From: Candidatus Buchananbacteria bacterium
Lineage (GTDB): Bacteria; Patescibacteriota; Patescibacteriia; Buchananbacterales; UBA6539
Direction: 5' to 3'
DNA length: 55,184 bases
Assembly: GCA_016930315.1 (NCBI GenBank)
Contig: JAFGGX010000024.1
Location: 1-55,184 of the forward strand
The notes under the pieces: generated by a model
The model's database searches: none
Told to the model about the DNA's origin: nothing
The model's input: the letters and a program-made list of their open reading frames with translations, nothing else
Shown: in pieces, positions 1-10,104 of the stretch
Numbering within the stretch: the first letter of the stretch is position 1
How the letters are laid out: each line of letters begins with the position of its first letter
Translations under genes and position numbers: made by a program

Positions 1-10
1 ATATTGAAGA

Positions 11-45
11 AGTCGCCTACGGCGACTCCTTAATTTTGAGATTTT
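11..45 (+). terminator. hairpin plus T-rich tail at window edge
   Basis: agtcgcc-tac-ggcgact stem-loop (11-27) followed by a T-rich tract. Probably ends a + strand unit that lies upstream of the window. Confidence 0.35.
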
Positions 46-64
46 ATTTTTAAAATTTAAGGTT

Positions 65-931
65 TTACTCAACTGGCATGTAAGAACTTGAATTCAAAAT
101 ATCAACTTCCGGCAAAATTAAATAAGTGGAAACCGACGGCAAGCTTTGTGTCCAATTAACCGACACGTCCCTAACTTCCCCAGCCTTCAACTGATCAACT
201 GCTAAATAATTAGCCGCGCCAATTCGTCCGCCATTCATCAAAATCATATAAACCCCAACCTGCCAATAACCGTAAGCGGTGTTATTAGCCAGTTTAAAAT
301 CCAAAGCGCTAACCGGCGCGCCATCTTTGCGGTTGCCCGAACTAGCCGCTTGAAATTTAATATCACTAACCGCAAAGTTTAATCGTGGAGTGGCAAAGTC
401 AGCAAAGCTTTCTGTTCGCTGCCAATTAACACTAACAAAAGAAACGTTACTACTATTTTGAGGAGCATCTTTTTCATTAAAAAACACTACATATTTATTT
501 TCGTTTGGATAAACAAAAGTTTCTTTTTGATCAATCACCTGCCCGGCATTTACCAACTGAACCGTCACTTTTTTAATAATCCAATTTTCATTACTATTTT
601 GTAAATTAACCACATAATCAACTCCTTCTGTGCCATTGGCTAATGGCGTAAAACTGACAATTTTTAAAGGTATAGGCTGATTGGCGGTTCTAAAATATGA
701 GTAATCAACCAAATTGGTAGAAAAACTATTTAACATTCGCAAATAATTTGGCTGTTCAAGAAAAAACATCACCGAGCTGCGAAAAATAATATAACTGTAA
801 AAAATAATGTTAAGCAAAATCAAACTCCCAATCAGAATTTTTCTCAACTGAAGTTTGTGAGTAACATACCAGTAACTGATTTTGAGTTTAAAATCAGATA
901 CTTGATCTGGAGAATTTATTTCGCTGGCCAT
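65..931 (-). CDS. hypothetical membrane-anchored protein (one N-terminal TM helix, large extracytoplasmic part)
   Basis: 288-aa ORF with backbone-like A/T-ending codons. Hydrophobic segment ILIGSLILLNIIFYSYIIF near the N-terminus. No catalytic motif recognised. Confidence 0.6.
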   Translation of the reverse strand: MASEINSPDQVSDFKLKISYWYVTHKLQLRKILIGSLILLNIIFYSYIIFRSSVMFFLEQPNYLRMLNSFSTNLVDYSYFRTANQPIPLKIVSFTPLANGTEGVDYVVNLQNSNENWIIKKVTVQLVNAGQVIDQKETFVYPNENKYVVFFNEKDAPQNSSNVSFVSVNWQRTESFADFATPRLNFAVSDIKFQAASSGNRKDGAPVSALDFKLANNTAYGYWQVGVYMILMNGGRIGAANYLAVDQLKAGEVRDVSVNWTQSLPSVSTYLILPEVDILNSSSYMPVE

Positions 932-970
932 AAAACAAATTTAACTATCTAAATTATAACATAAAATAAT

Positions 971-1014
971 AAAAAAAACACCGGAATGAACCCCACTTGA
1001 GGTAAACATTCCGG
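971..1014 (-). terminator. intrinsic terminator of the 1033..1443 gene
   Basis: ccggaatg (981-988) pairs with cattccgg (1007-1014). The A8 run at 971-978 is a U-run on the minus strand. Confidence 0.6.
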
Positions 1015-1032
1015 CGACCTCCCTGGTGACTG

Positions 1033-1443
1033 TCATTCAAAGATGACTTCAAATGCGAGACAGCCCAATGCACCAAAGACTCCTCCAACAACAAAAGTGC
1101 TAAGCAAGTCGATGACGGGAGCCTGGCTGATCGATTTATTTAAGGCCAAAGTCAAAAAAGCACAATCAGCCAAAAACCCAGCCAAACCAGCAACCGCCAA
1201 CACTCTGAAAAAAGAACAGTTTGGAGCAATAAAGCCCAACAGGGCTCTGGCGAGCAAGCAAATAACCACTCCGGTCAAACCAACGCAGAAAATTTCGCCG
1301 ACCGCCAAGCCGGGAATGAAAAAAATGCTGAGCAGGCCGTAATTATTCCTTAGACTGGCATAGAAAAGAAGGCCAAACAGCCCAAAAATCATACCACCAA
1401 GCCTCAACTCTCTTTCTGATGAACCCATTTTCTCTTCAGACAT
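1033..1443 (-). CDS. small polytopic membrane protein, orphan
   Basis: Start moved to the ATG at 1443 (MSEEKMGSSE...) because GAAGGAG lies 8 nt upstream. Several hydrophobic segments. Has its own promoter and terminator. GC looks intermediate between backbone and islands. Confidence 0.6.
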   Translation of the reverse strand: MSEEKMGSSERELRLGGMIFGLFGLLFYASLRNNYGLLSIFFIPGLAVGEIFCVGLTGVVICLLARALLGFIAPNCSFFRVLAVAGLAGFLADCAFLTLALNKSISQAPVIDLLSTFVVGGVFGALGCLAFEVIFE

Positions 1444-1484
1444 TTCACAGACTCCTTCAAAAAAGACTCGAGACATCCAAAAAC

Positions 1485-1513
1485 AGCTTAAAAAATTTTA
1501 CTGCGAAAGTCAA
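1485..1513 (-). promoter_or_regulatory. sigma70-like promoter for the 1033..1443 gene
   Basis: Minus strand reads TTGACT-N17-TAAGCT. Confidence 0.5.
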
Positions 1514-1521
1514 TTTTAGGC

Positions 1522-1550
1522 TTGTATTAAACTAAGAAAACTGCTATAAT
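1522..1550 (+). promoter_or_regulatory. sigma70-like promoter for gyrB
   Basis: TTGTAT-N17-TATAAT with a TGC extended -10, about 60 nt upstream of the gyrB ATG. Confidence 0.6.
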
Positions 1551-1604
1551 TTTAAGGTAAAAATTGACTTTAAATACTCCCCCATTTCACGGGTTTTTTC
1601 TTAA

Positions 1605-3659
<2,055 letters not shown>

Positions 3660-3734
3660 ATACCAATAATCCCTGAGCCTGTCGAAAAGAGAGCAGCTGT
3701 TGGATATTTTATTTAAATCTACCGAATAATAAAC

Positions 3735-3891
3735 CCGTCGTGGGGGTTTGGGGGCAAGTGTCCGAGCCCAGCCGAACCCTTGGAATCGAAGCGGAAAGGG
3801 TGAGGCGGGTAAAAGACACAAACAATAAATGAGCGCTCGCGAGTCACGAGCCCCCAAAACTCTTTGTCCACTTTCTAGTTATAGAAAGTGG
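3735..3891 (+). ncRNA. unclassified GC-rich structured RNA element, copy 1 of 2
   Basis: Homologous to 12571-12726. Proposed helices: 3747-3755/3850-3858, 3758-3762/3815-3819 and 3771-3781/3796-3806, plus a terminal hairpin at 3868-3891. The helices are kept in copy 2 through compensatory changes. Confidence 0.55.
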
Positions 3892-3913
3892 GAGAATCTA
3901 AAATTATACACTA

Positions 3914-3957
3914 GATTCCGGATCAAGTCCGGAATGACAAGGCGGGGCAGGAATGAC
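3914..3957. repeat. GTCATTCC/GGAATGAC-family hairpin repeat
   Basis: gattccgg-atcaag-tccggaatgac, followed by a second ggaatgac. Same family as 16542, 39024, 19922, 30654 and 45831. Confidence 0.6.
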
Positions 3958-3980
3958 AAAAGTGAACACCTATACTCCTC

Positions 3981-4010
3981 TTGACGAAACCAAAACTAAT
4001 GTGGTATTAT
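3981..4010 (+). promoter_or_regulatory. sigma70-like promoter for secE-nusG
   Basis: TTGACG-N18-TATTAT with a TGG extended -10. Confidence 0.5.
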
Positions 4011-4075
4011 CGATTATATAAATCAGCCCGTCAAAGGGCTTTTTAAAAACCTTTAATTTTTAGCTTAAATTAGCT

Positions 4076-4267
4076 ATGAATATCGCAAAGAGTATAACCG
4101 ACTACTTTATCGGTGCTCGCCAAGAGCTCAAAAAAGTAGTTTGGCCAAGCAAAAAAGAAGTCATCCAACACACCTCAATGGTAATTGCCATCAGTCTGGG
4201 CGTTGCTTTATTTTTAGGTGTGATCGTCGACTACACCTTAACTTTTTTCTTAAAATTCATCATCTAA
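4076..4267 (+). CDS. secE: preprotein translocase subunit SecE
   Basis: 63 aa. Motif ELKKVVWPSKKEV followed by one C-terminal TM helix. Conserved position just before nusG. Confidence 0.85.
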   Translation: MNIAKSITDYFIGARQELKKVVWPSKKEVIQHTSMVIAISLGVALFLGVIVDYTLTFFLKFII

Positions 4268-4280
4268 TAATTTTAAAACT

Positions 4281-4826
4281 ATGCCAAAACAAACAGTCCA
4301 ACGCGGCCGGCATTGGTATGTCATTCACACTTACTCTGGTTACGAAGAAAACGTCAAAAGAAACCTCGAACAGCGTATCGAATCAATGGATATGGAAGAT
4401 AAAATCTTTGCGGTTTTAATTCCGACCGAAAAAAAGATTAAAATCAAAAACGGCAAAAGAAAAGTAATTACTGAAAAAATTTTTCCCGGTTATGTGATGG
4501 TTGATATGATGGTTGACGACAATTCATGGTATGTAGTTAGAAACACCCCAAACGTTACCGGTTTTATTGGCTCAAGCACAACCCCAACTCCAGTTTCGGA
4601 AACAGAAATCAAATCTTTACAAAAAAGAATGGGCGTTGAAGAACCAACCTTTAAAATTGATGTGGTGGTTGGTGAAGCAGTCCGAATTAACGACGGTCCG
4701 TTCAAAAATTACGAAGGTAAAATCAGCGAGGTTGATGAAGCCCGCGGTAAAGTCAAAGTATTGGTTTCGATGTTTGGCCGCGAAACTCCGGTCGAATTGG
4801 ATTCTTTGCAAGTCAAAAAGCTGTAG
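4281..4826 (+). CDS. nusG: transcription termination/antitermination factor NusG
   Basis: 181 aa. NGN domain (WYVIHTYSGYE, FPGYVMV) and a C-terminal KOW domain (GPFKNYEGKISEVD...VLVSMFGRETPVEL). Confidence 0.93.
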   Translation: MPKQTVQRGRHWYVIHTYSGYEENVKRNLEQRIESMDMEDKIFAVLIPTEKKIKIKNGKRKVITEKIFPGYVMVDMMVDDNSWYVVRNTPNVTGFIGSSTTPTPVSETEIKSLQKRMGVEEPTFKIDVVVGEAVRINDGPFKNYEGKISEVDEARGKVKVLVSMFGRETPVELDSLQVKKL

Positions 4827-4832
4827 AGTCAT

Positions 4833-4939
4833 GAATTATGAGTTATGAGTTATGGTCAAAGAAACTAACCAATCTTAAACGACCATAATTCTTGCTTCTT
4901 AATTCTAAATTCATAATTCTTGCTTCTTAATTCTAAATT
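4833..4939 (+). repeat. imperfect long hairpin plus 2 x 28-bp perfect tandem repeat in the nusG-rplK spacer
   Basis: Left arm 4833-4857 pairs with 4881-4905, allowing G-U pairs. cataattcttgcttcttaattctaaatt occurs at 4884-4911 and again at 4912-4939. Confidence 0.7.
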
Positions 4940-4951
4940 CATAATAAATTT

Positions 4952-5377
4952 ATGGCTAAAAAAATTAAAACAGTAATTAAACTTCAGATTCCCGCCGGCG
5001 CTGCTAATCCAGCTCCTCCAGTTGGCCCAGCTTTAGGCCAACACGGCTTAAATATTGCTGAATTTTGCGCTAAATTCAATGACGCCACCAAAGATCAACG
5101 TGGTGATGTCGTACCAGTAGAAATTACCGTTTTCGAAGATCGAACTTATACTTTTATTACCAAAACCTCACCAGCTGCAAACTTACTAAAAAAAGCTGCG
5201 GGAATTGAAAAAGGTTCTGGTGAATCATTGAAGAAAAAAGTTGGTAAAGTTACTAAAGCTCAGGTTAAAGAAATCGCCGAAAAAAAGATGCCCGACTTAA
5301 ACGCCAAAAATATTGAAGGCGCGATGAGAATTATCGAGGGCACCGCCAGACAAATGGGCATCGAAGTAATTGAATAA
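4952..5377 (+). CDS. rplK: 50S ribosomal protein L11
   Basis: 141 aa. [26 protein letters not shown] is the canonical L11 N-terminal signature. Confidence 0.97.
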   Translation: MAKKIKTVIKLQIPAGAANPAPPVGPALGQHGLNIAEFCAKFNDATKDQRGDVVPVEITVFEDRTYTFITKTSPAANLLKKAAGIEKGSGESLKKKVGKVTKAQVKEIAEKKMPDLNAKNIEGAMRIIEGTARQMGIEVIE

Positions 5378-5400
5378 AATTAATTCGTAAAAACAAACAT

Positions 5401-6357
5401 ATGACTGATCAAACCAGTCAAGCAATGACTACCGAGCAACCAAAAGCGGCTCAACACGGAGCTAAAACTTTATTTTGGTACTTTAGCTTATTTTGGACCA
5501 TGGCCATTACCGCCTTTTCAGTTGGTGCCATCTGGTTTCAATTGATCAACAAATTTTTTCCAATGGAAGTCAATTATTTGTTAATCCGTAATGCTTTTAG
5601 TCAAACTGCCATCAAAAGTGCCATTGCCGCTTTAATTGTTGGCGCACCGGTATTTTTTCTCTTCACTTGGTTAATTCGCAAATCAATCAAAAAAGAGGAG
5701 ATTAAACTCAAATCCGGCGCACGAATGTGGATTGGCTATTTGATTTTATTTATTGTAGTAGCTACCGCTGTTGGCGACATAATCACTATTGTCTGGAAGT
5801 TTTTAAATGGTGATTTTACTAGCCGCTTTTTACTAAAAAGTTTAGTAATATTGGCAATCACCGGCTGGACTTTTATTTACTTTTGGCTTTCATTAAAATC
5901 AGATGACGGATTAAAAAACTCTAAATTGCCGAGAATGTTTGTAATTACTTCGGCTGTGGCAGTGATAATCAGTTTGATTATTGGCTTTACCTTAATTGAT
6001 TCACCGGCGACCGCCAGAGCAAAGTCATACGACCTAACCAGAGAAAATGATTTAAGAAATATCAGTTCAAGTGTCGATAATTACTTCAATCAATCTGGCA
6101 AACTACCAGCCAGCCTTGAAGATTTAAAACCAATTGAGGGAGCAACCGACCCAATCACCCACCAGCCGTACCGATACAAAACTTTATCCGACACTCAATA
6201 TCAACTTTGTGCCACCTTTCAAACTGACAATCAATTAACTACTGGCGAAAAAACAACTCAGGTCTACAATCAAAACAACTTTTTACACAGTCAAGGCGAA
6301 CAATGTTTTGACCTGAAGGTTAATGACTGGAATGGTAAACAAATCATTATTAGATAA
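5401..6357 (+). CDS. multi-pass membrane protein with a C-terminal pseudopilin-like soluble domain
   Basis: 318 aa with about 5 TM segments. The C-terminal part (YDLTRENDLRNISSSVDNYFNQSGKLPASLEDL) resembles type IV pilin / GspG-type domains. Inserted between rplK and rplA. Confidence 0.55.
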   Translation: MTDQTSQAMTTEQPKAAQHGAKTLFWYFSLFWTMAITAFSVGAIWFQLINKFFPMEVNYLLIRNAFSQTAIKSAIAALIVGAPVFFLFTWLIRKSIKKEEIKLKSGARMWIGYLILFIVVATAVGDIITIVWKFLNGDFTSRFLLKSLVILAITGWTFIYFWLSLKSDDGLKNSKLPRMFVITSAVAVIISLIIGFTLIDSPATARAKSYDLTRENDLRNISSSVDNYFNQSGKLPASLEDLKPIEGATDPITHQPYRYKTLSDTQYQLCATFQTDNQLTTGEKTTQVYNQNNFLHSQGEQCFDLKVNDWNGKQIIIR

Positions 6358-6367
6358 CTAATTAATT

Positions 6368-6440
6368 TGCGGGAGAGTGATTCCTAACTCTAAATAAACC
6401 GCGATCCGCCTACGCTAAAAGCTCCGGCGGACTAAAAGGA
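6368..6440 (+). promoter_or_regulatory. structured GC-rich leader upstream of rplA (candidate L1 autoregulatory site)
   Basis: Hairpins agagt...actct and tccgcc-N15-ggcgga lie directly before the weak RBS aaagga and the rplA ATG. Confidence 0.3.
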
Positions 6441-6447
6441 AAAAATT

Positions 6448-7128
6448 ATGAAACGTTCAAAACGTTATCAGGCCCTAAGCAAAAAAATCGACAAAACAAA
6501 AAGCTATCCCTTGTCGGAAGCCATCAAATTGGTTAAAGAAACCGGCACCACTAAATTTGTCAGCTCAATTGAAGTTCATATCAAAACCGGAATCGATGCC
6601 AATAAAACCGAGCAACAAATTCGGGGCTCAGTCTCTTTACCTAACGGTACCGGTAAAACAATTAGAATTGCCGCTTTTGTGCCAGACAGCAAAGAAAAAG
6701 AAGCTAAAGAAGCTGGCGCCGATTTGGTTGGCGGTGAAGCTTTAGTCGAAAGTATTAAAAAAACCGGGAAAATTGATTTTGATGTAGCCGTTACCACCCC
6801 GGACATGATGCCAAAATTAGCCGTGATTGCTAAAATTTTGGGACCAAGAGGTTTGATGCCATCACCAAAAAACGGCACTATTACTCCAAACCTAAAAAAG
6901 ACTATTGATGAATTAAAAAAAGGTAAAGTCAACTTCAAAAACGACAGCACCGGCAACCTTCACTTGGCAATTGGTAAAACCTCATTTGATGACCAAAAAA
7001 TCACTGAAAATATCGAGAGCTTCTTGGCGGCTTTAAAAAAAGCTAAGCCATCATCTGCCAAAGGCAATTTCATCAAATCAGTTACATTAGCCTCCTCAAT
7101 GGGCCCAGGCGTGAAAGTTCAACTATAG
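6448..7128 (+). CDS. rplA: 50S ribosomal protein L1
   Basis: 226 aa. Typical L1 blocks: MKRSKRY, FVSSIEVHIKTGID, GSVSLPNGTGK, LGPRGLMPSPKNGT. Confidence 0.96.
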   Translation: MKRSKRYQALSKKIDKTKSYPLSEAIKLVKETGTTKFVSSIEVHIKTGIDANKTEQQIRGSVSLPNGTGKTIRIAAFVPDSKEKEAKEAGADLVGGEALVESIKKTGKIDFDVAVTTPDMMPKLAVIAKILGPRGLMPSPKNGTITPNLKKTIDELKKGKVNFKNDSTGNLHLAIGKTSFDDQKITENIESFLAALKKAKPSSAKGNFIKSVTLASSMGPGVKVQL

Positions 7129-7227
7129 TTCTGTAGCACTGAATCAAAAAACAGTCTTAGCTTAAGGCTGTTTTTTGATTATTTTGTTTTATTTTAGCTA
7201 AAAAATTATACTTTAAAATACAAATAC

Positions 7228-7256
7228 TTGACAAAACTACATAAATATGCTATTAT
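7228..7256 (+). promoter_or_regulatory. sigma70-like promoter of GC-rich unit 1
   Basis: TTGACA-N17-TATTAT with a TGC extended -10. Confidence 0.6.
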
Positions 7257-7290
7257 CTTAAGATTGTTCTTTAAAATTTTATTACGTCTA

Positions 7291-7348
7291 TCGATGGTTC
7301 TTTTTAGGGATGATTCATATTTGGGTTATCTCTAAAAAGAACCATCGA
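7291..7348 (+). promoter_or_regulatory. 17-bp perfect stem-loop in the long 5' leader of the 7419 gene
   Basis: tcgatggttctttttag (7291-7307) pairs perfectly with ctaaaaagaaccatcga (7332-7348). A second hairpin, gaagctt-aaa-agcttc, lies downstream. Confidence 0.55.
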
Positions 7349-7418
7349 AAAGGTGGTTTTAGAAGCTTAAAAGCTTCAATCCGGTTTCGGCTGGATAATT
7401 CCCCACAGGTGAAAAGAC

Positions 7419-8384
7419 ATGAAAAGCTACCGTTTCCTCCTCCTCATCGGAATCATCATCGCCGTGGCCACCATGGCCATGAGTCAGTCCACACCCCTCC
7501 CGCCCGAAAGCGACTTTGACTTCACCGTTGTTGTCCGTGACGGAACCAACAAAGGGACGAAAGTTCGCATCATCCGCGGGTCGGACACCGAACCGACCAT
7601 CATCACTGACAACGCCACGGGCGACATCGTCGTCATGACACCCTACTTCACACGTTGGGACTTGAATGACGTCGCCAAGCATGGCATCTTTCTGTACCCC
7701 CCGCCCCGTAAAACCCACCCAGAAAAACCCGGCACAGATCCGAAATGGGCCAATATTATCGAAGTAATCAAAAGCCTCGACAGTGCGGACGGGTTGACGT
7801 CCGCGTCAAGACTCCTACCGCTATTCGACCGGAGTAATGATCCCAAAGTCGTACTTCTCAGGCTGATCAACGCCTATGACTTCAGACTCAGCGCCGAGGT
7901 TTTCGATGTGATCCTCGCTTCTCCACTCTGTGACGGGGAGACTCTTCACGAGATTCTGAGAGTTCACGGAAAGACTGTGAACGAATACGGTGCCTGGATC
8001 GCCGGCAACAAAGCGGAGGCAGAGATCTTCGCCGACCCACGAATCAGGCTTCAGGATATCCTGAAGTATGGTCTCTGGCCTGGAAACCTGCTTCAATGGG
8101 GGGCGATATTGGAAATCTACCGTCGGGGAGATCCAGGGCTGCTCGAAGCCGCCATCAACGTAATGGCTGGCTTCCAAGGCGATGGCATCCCATACATCGC
8201 CTACGATCTACTGAGAAGCTCTCAGCTTCCCAGCCAGATCGCCAGGAAAGCCCTGACTATCAAGCCAGCGGACATTGAGCATGCCGACTACCAGGCGGCT
8301 CATATCCGAGATGCGATCAAGAATGGAATCGGCCTTGAGCAATTCGAGCCAACCCCCACGCCGGCCGTCACCACGATCGAATAA
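7419..8384 (+). CDS. GC-rich orphan secreted or membrane-anchored protein
   Basis: 321 aa. N-terminal signal/anchor MKSYRFLLLIGIIIAVATMAMS. AGGTGA lies 7 nt before the ATG. G/C-ending codons. No motif recognised. Confidence 0.7.
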   Translation: MKSYRFLLLIGIIIAVATMAMSQSTPLPPESDFDFTVVVRDGTNKGTKVRIIRGSDTEPTIITDNATGDIVVMTPYFTRWDLNDVAKHGIFLYPPPRKTHPEKPGTDPKWANIIEVIKSLDSADGLTSASRLLPLFDRSNDPKVVLLRLINAYDFRLSAEVFDVILASPLCDGETLHEILRVHGKTVNEYGAWIAGNKAEAEIFADPRIRLQDILKYGLWPGNLLQWGAILEIYRRGDPGLLEAAINVMAGFQGDGIPYIAYDLLRSSQLPSQIARKALTIKPADIEHADYQAAHIRDAIKNGIGLEQFEPTPTPAVTTIE

Positions 8385-8407
8385 CCACCACATTCCGCCC
8401 TTTCACT

Positions 8408-8466
8408 GTCCCGGCCGCGCGCAAGCAACTCAAACGTTGCACGCGACCGGGACTTCTACTTTTCTA
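8408..8466 (+). terminator. intrinsic terminator of unit 1
   Basis: gtcccgg (8408-8414) pairs with ccgggac (8447-8453), with inner pairing, followed by a T-rich tail. Confidence 0.55.
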
Positions 8467-8565
8467 GACCAAAATTGCTCCAAAAAACCATAAAATAATT
8501 GATTTGCCCCAGGGCATTTTTTTTGTTAAAATAAGGGGAGTAAAATTTACTCCTTTTATTTTTTT

Positions 8566-9105
8566 ATGGCAGAAGAACGCAAACACTATCGCCCTTCCTG
8601 GGACGATTATTTTATGGCAATTACCAAACTAATTGCCAGCCGCAGTACCTGTGATCGGCTCTATACCGGCGCAGTTTTAGTTAAAAATAACCGGATTATT
8701 TCTTCCGGTTACAATGGTTCAGCTCCAGGGCAGCCTCATTGCCTTGATTCCGGCCATTTAATGGAAGAAGGCCACTGTGTGCGCACCATCCACGGTGAGC
8801 ACAATGCTCTGCTCCAAGCCGCCGTTCAAGGTTCAACCAGCACAGTTGGCTCAACTATGTATACTAAATATAGCCCCTGCATCCACTGCACTAAGTACAT
8901 TATTGCTTGCGGCGTTAAACGAGTGGTTTTAGGTAAAATTTACCGCAATTCGCAAGCCGTGGACATGTTAAAAGCCAGTGGCGTTGAAGTTGATGTTTAT
9001 CAACCAAACCCTGAGTGGGAACAAGAAATTATCCAGATTTTTTCCGAAGATATTCCTGACCGAAAAAACGAAGGTGATGTCAAAATGGAGGTAAAAAATG
9101 GGTAA
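8566..9105 (+). CDS. comEB: dCMP deaminase (ComEB family)
   Basis: 179 aa. Zinc motifs HGEHNA and PCIHCTK. Confidence 0.9.
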   Translation: MAEERKHYRPSWDDYFMAITKLIASRSTCDRLYTGAVLVKNNRIISSGYNGSAPGQPHCLDSGHLMEEGHCVRTIHGEHNALLQAAVQGSTSTVGSTMYTKYSPCIHCTKYIIACGVKRVVLGKIYRNSQAVDMLKASGVEVDVYQPNPEWEQEIIQIFSEDIPDRKNEGDVKMEVKNG

Positions 9106-9655
9106 AAAAATTATTTTTGGCTTGGTGGGTCAAATCGCTTCGGGCAAAGACACTGTTGCTGATTATTTAGAAAAAAAATATCAAGCCAAAAGAATCAGTT
9201 TTTCGGGCATGTTGCGCGATATCCTCAATCGTCTATTTCTACCAATCAATCGCAAAAATCTAGTGGCCACTTCCGAAATAATTCGAAAACAATTTGGTCA
9301 AGACCTGATGGCTAAAGTAATTGCTGAAGAGGTAAAAAAATCTGACGCCAAAATCATTTGTCTGCCTAATATTCGGCGCAATCAAGATATTAAATATTTA
9401 TCAAAAATTCCCGGTTTTATTTTGGTCCACATTACCGCTGAGCCAAAAATTAGATACCAAAGATTAATAAACCGCCGTGAAAATATTGATGATAAAAACA
9501 AAACTTGGGCCCAATTTATCCGCGACAGCAAATTACCAACCGAAGTAACGATTAAACAAGTAGCCAAAAAAGCTAAATACACAATTGACAATAACGGCAG
9601 CTTAAACGAACTTCACGAACAAGTCGAAAAAATTCTAAAAAAACACAAAAAATAA
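9098..9655 (+). CDS. P-loop nucleotide kinase (CoaE / dNMP-kinase-like)
   Basis: 185 aa. Walker A motif GLVGQIASGKDT. Overlaps comEB by 8 nt and dut by 1 nt (TAATG), so it is translationally coupled inside the dTTP operon. Confidence 0.6.
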   Translation: MGKKIIFGLVGQIASGKDTVADYLEKKYQAKRISFSGMLRDILNRLFLPINRKNLVATSEIIRKQFGQDLMAKVIAEEVKKSDAKIICLPNIRRNQDIKYLSKIPGFILVHITAEPKIRYQRLINRRENIDDKNKTWAQFIRDSKLPTEVTIKQVAKKAKYTIDNNGSLNELHEQVEKILKKHKK

Positions 9656-10080
9656 TGCAAATCAAAATCAAAAAAACCAAAGATGATGTTAAACTCCCCT
9701 CTTACGCTCACCCGGGTGATGCCGGTCTTGATGTTTATTCTCTAGAAAATTACGAATTAAAGCCTGGCGAGAGACGAATTTTTGATTTAGGTTTTGCCTT
9801 AGAGTTGCCCGAAGATTTTGTCGCTATTGTTAAAGACAAAGGCAGTTTACCGAAACACGGTGGCTTGCATACTATGGGCGGCGTTTTTGATTCCGGCTAC
9901 CGCGGTGAATATAATATTTTGTTGATAAATTTGAGCGACCAATCATACCAAATTGAAGAAGGCGACAAAATTGCTCAACTAGTTATTATTCCCTTTGCTC
10001 GAGCTGAGCTGTTGGAAGTTGAAGAATTAACCGAAAGTAGCCGTGGTGCCGGTTCATTTGGCTCAACTGGCAAAAAATAA
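9655..10080 (+). CDS. dut: dUTP diphosphatase
   Basis: 141 aa. Motifs AGLDV, GVFDSGYRGE and RGAGSFGSTG. Confidence 0.92.
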   Translation: MQIKIKKTKDDVKLPSYAHPGDAGLDVYSLENYELKPGERRIFDLGFALELPEDFVAIVKDKGSLPKHGGLHTMGGVFDSGYRGEYNILLINLSDQSYQIEEGDKIAQLVIIPFARAELLEVEELTESSRGAGSFGSTGKK

Positions 10081-10104
10081 TCCTAATATTTTTAACCTAA
10101 GACT

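Noticed and set aside
1043-1342. 99-aa + strand ORF antisense to the 1033..1443 membrane-protein gene.
   Set aside because: Lys/Pro/Ala-rich mirror translation with no start signals. The minus frame has an SD, TM helices, a promoter and a terminator.
7359-7718. 119-aa minus-strand ORF overlapping the start of the 7419..8384 gene. Similar antisense or alternative-frame ORFs occur at 7643..7870, 7821..8177, 8096..8278, 8208..8393 and 8275..8493.
   Set aside because: They lie inside a GC-rich block where stop codons are rare in all frames. None has an SD, promoter or sensible composition. The + strand frame has a promoter, an SD, a signal peptide and a terminator.
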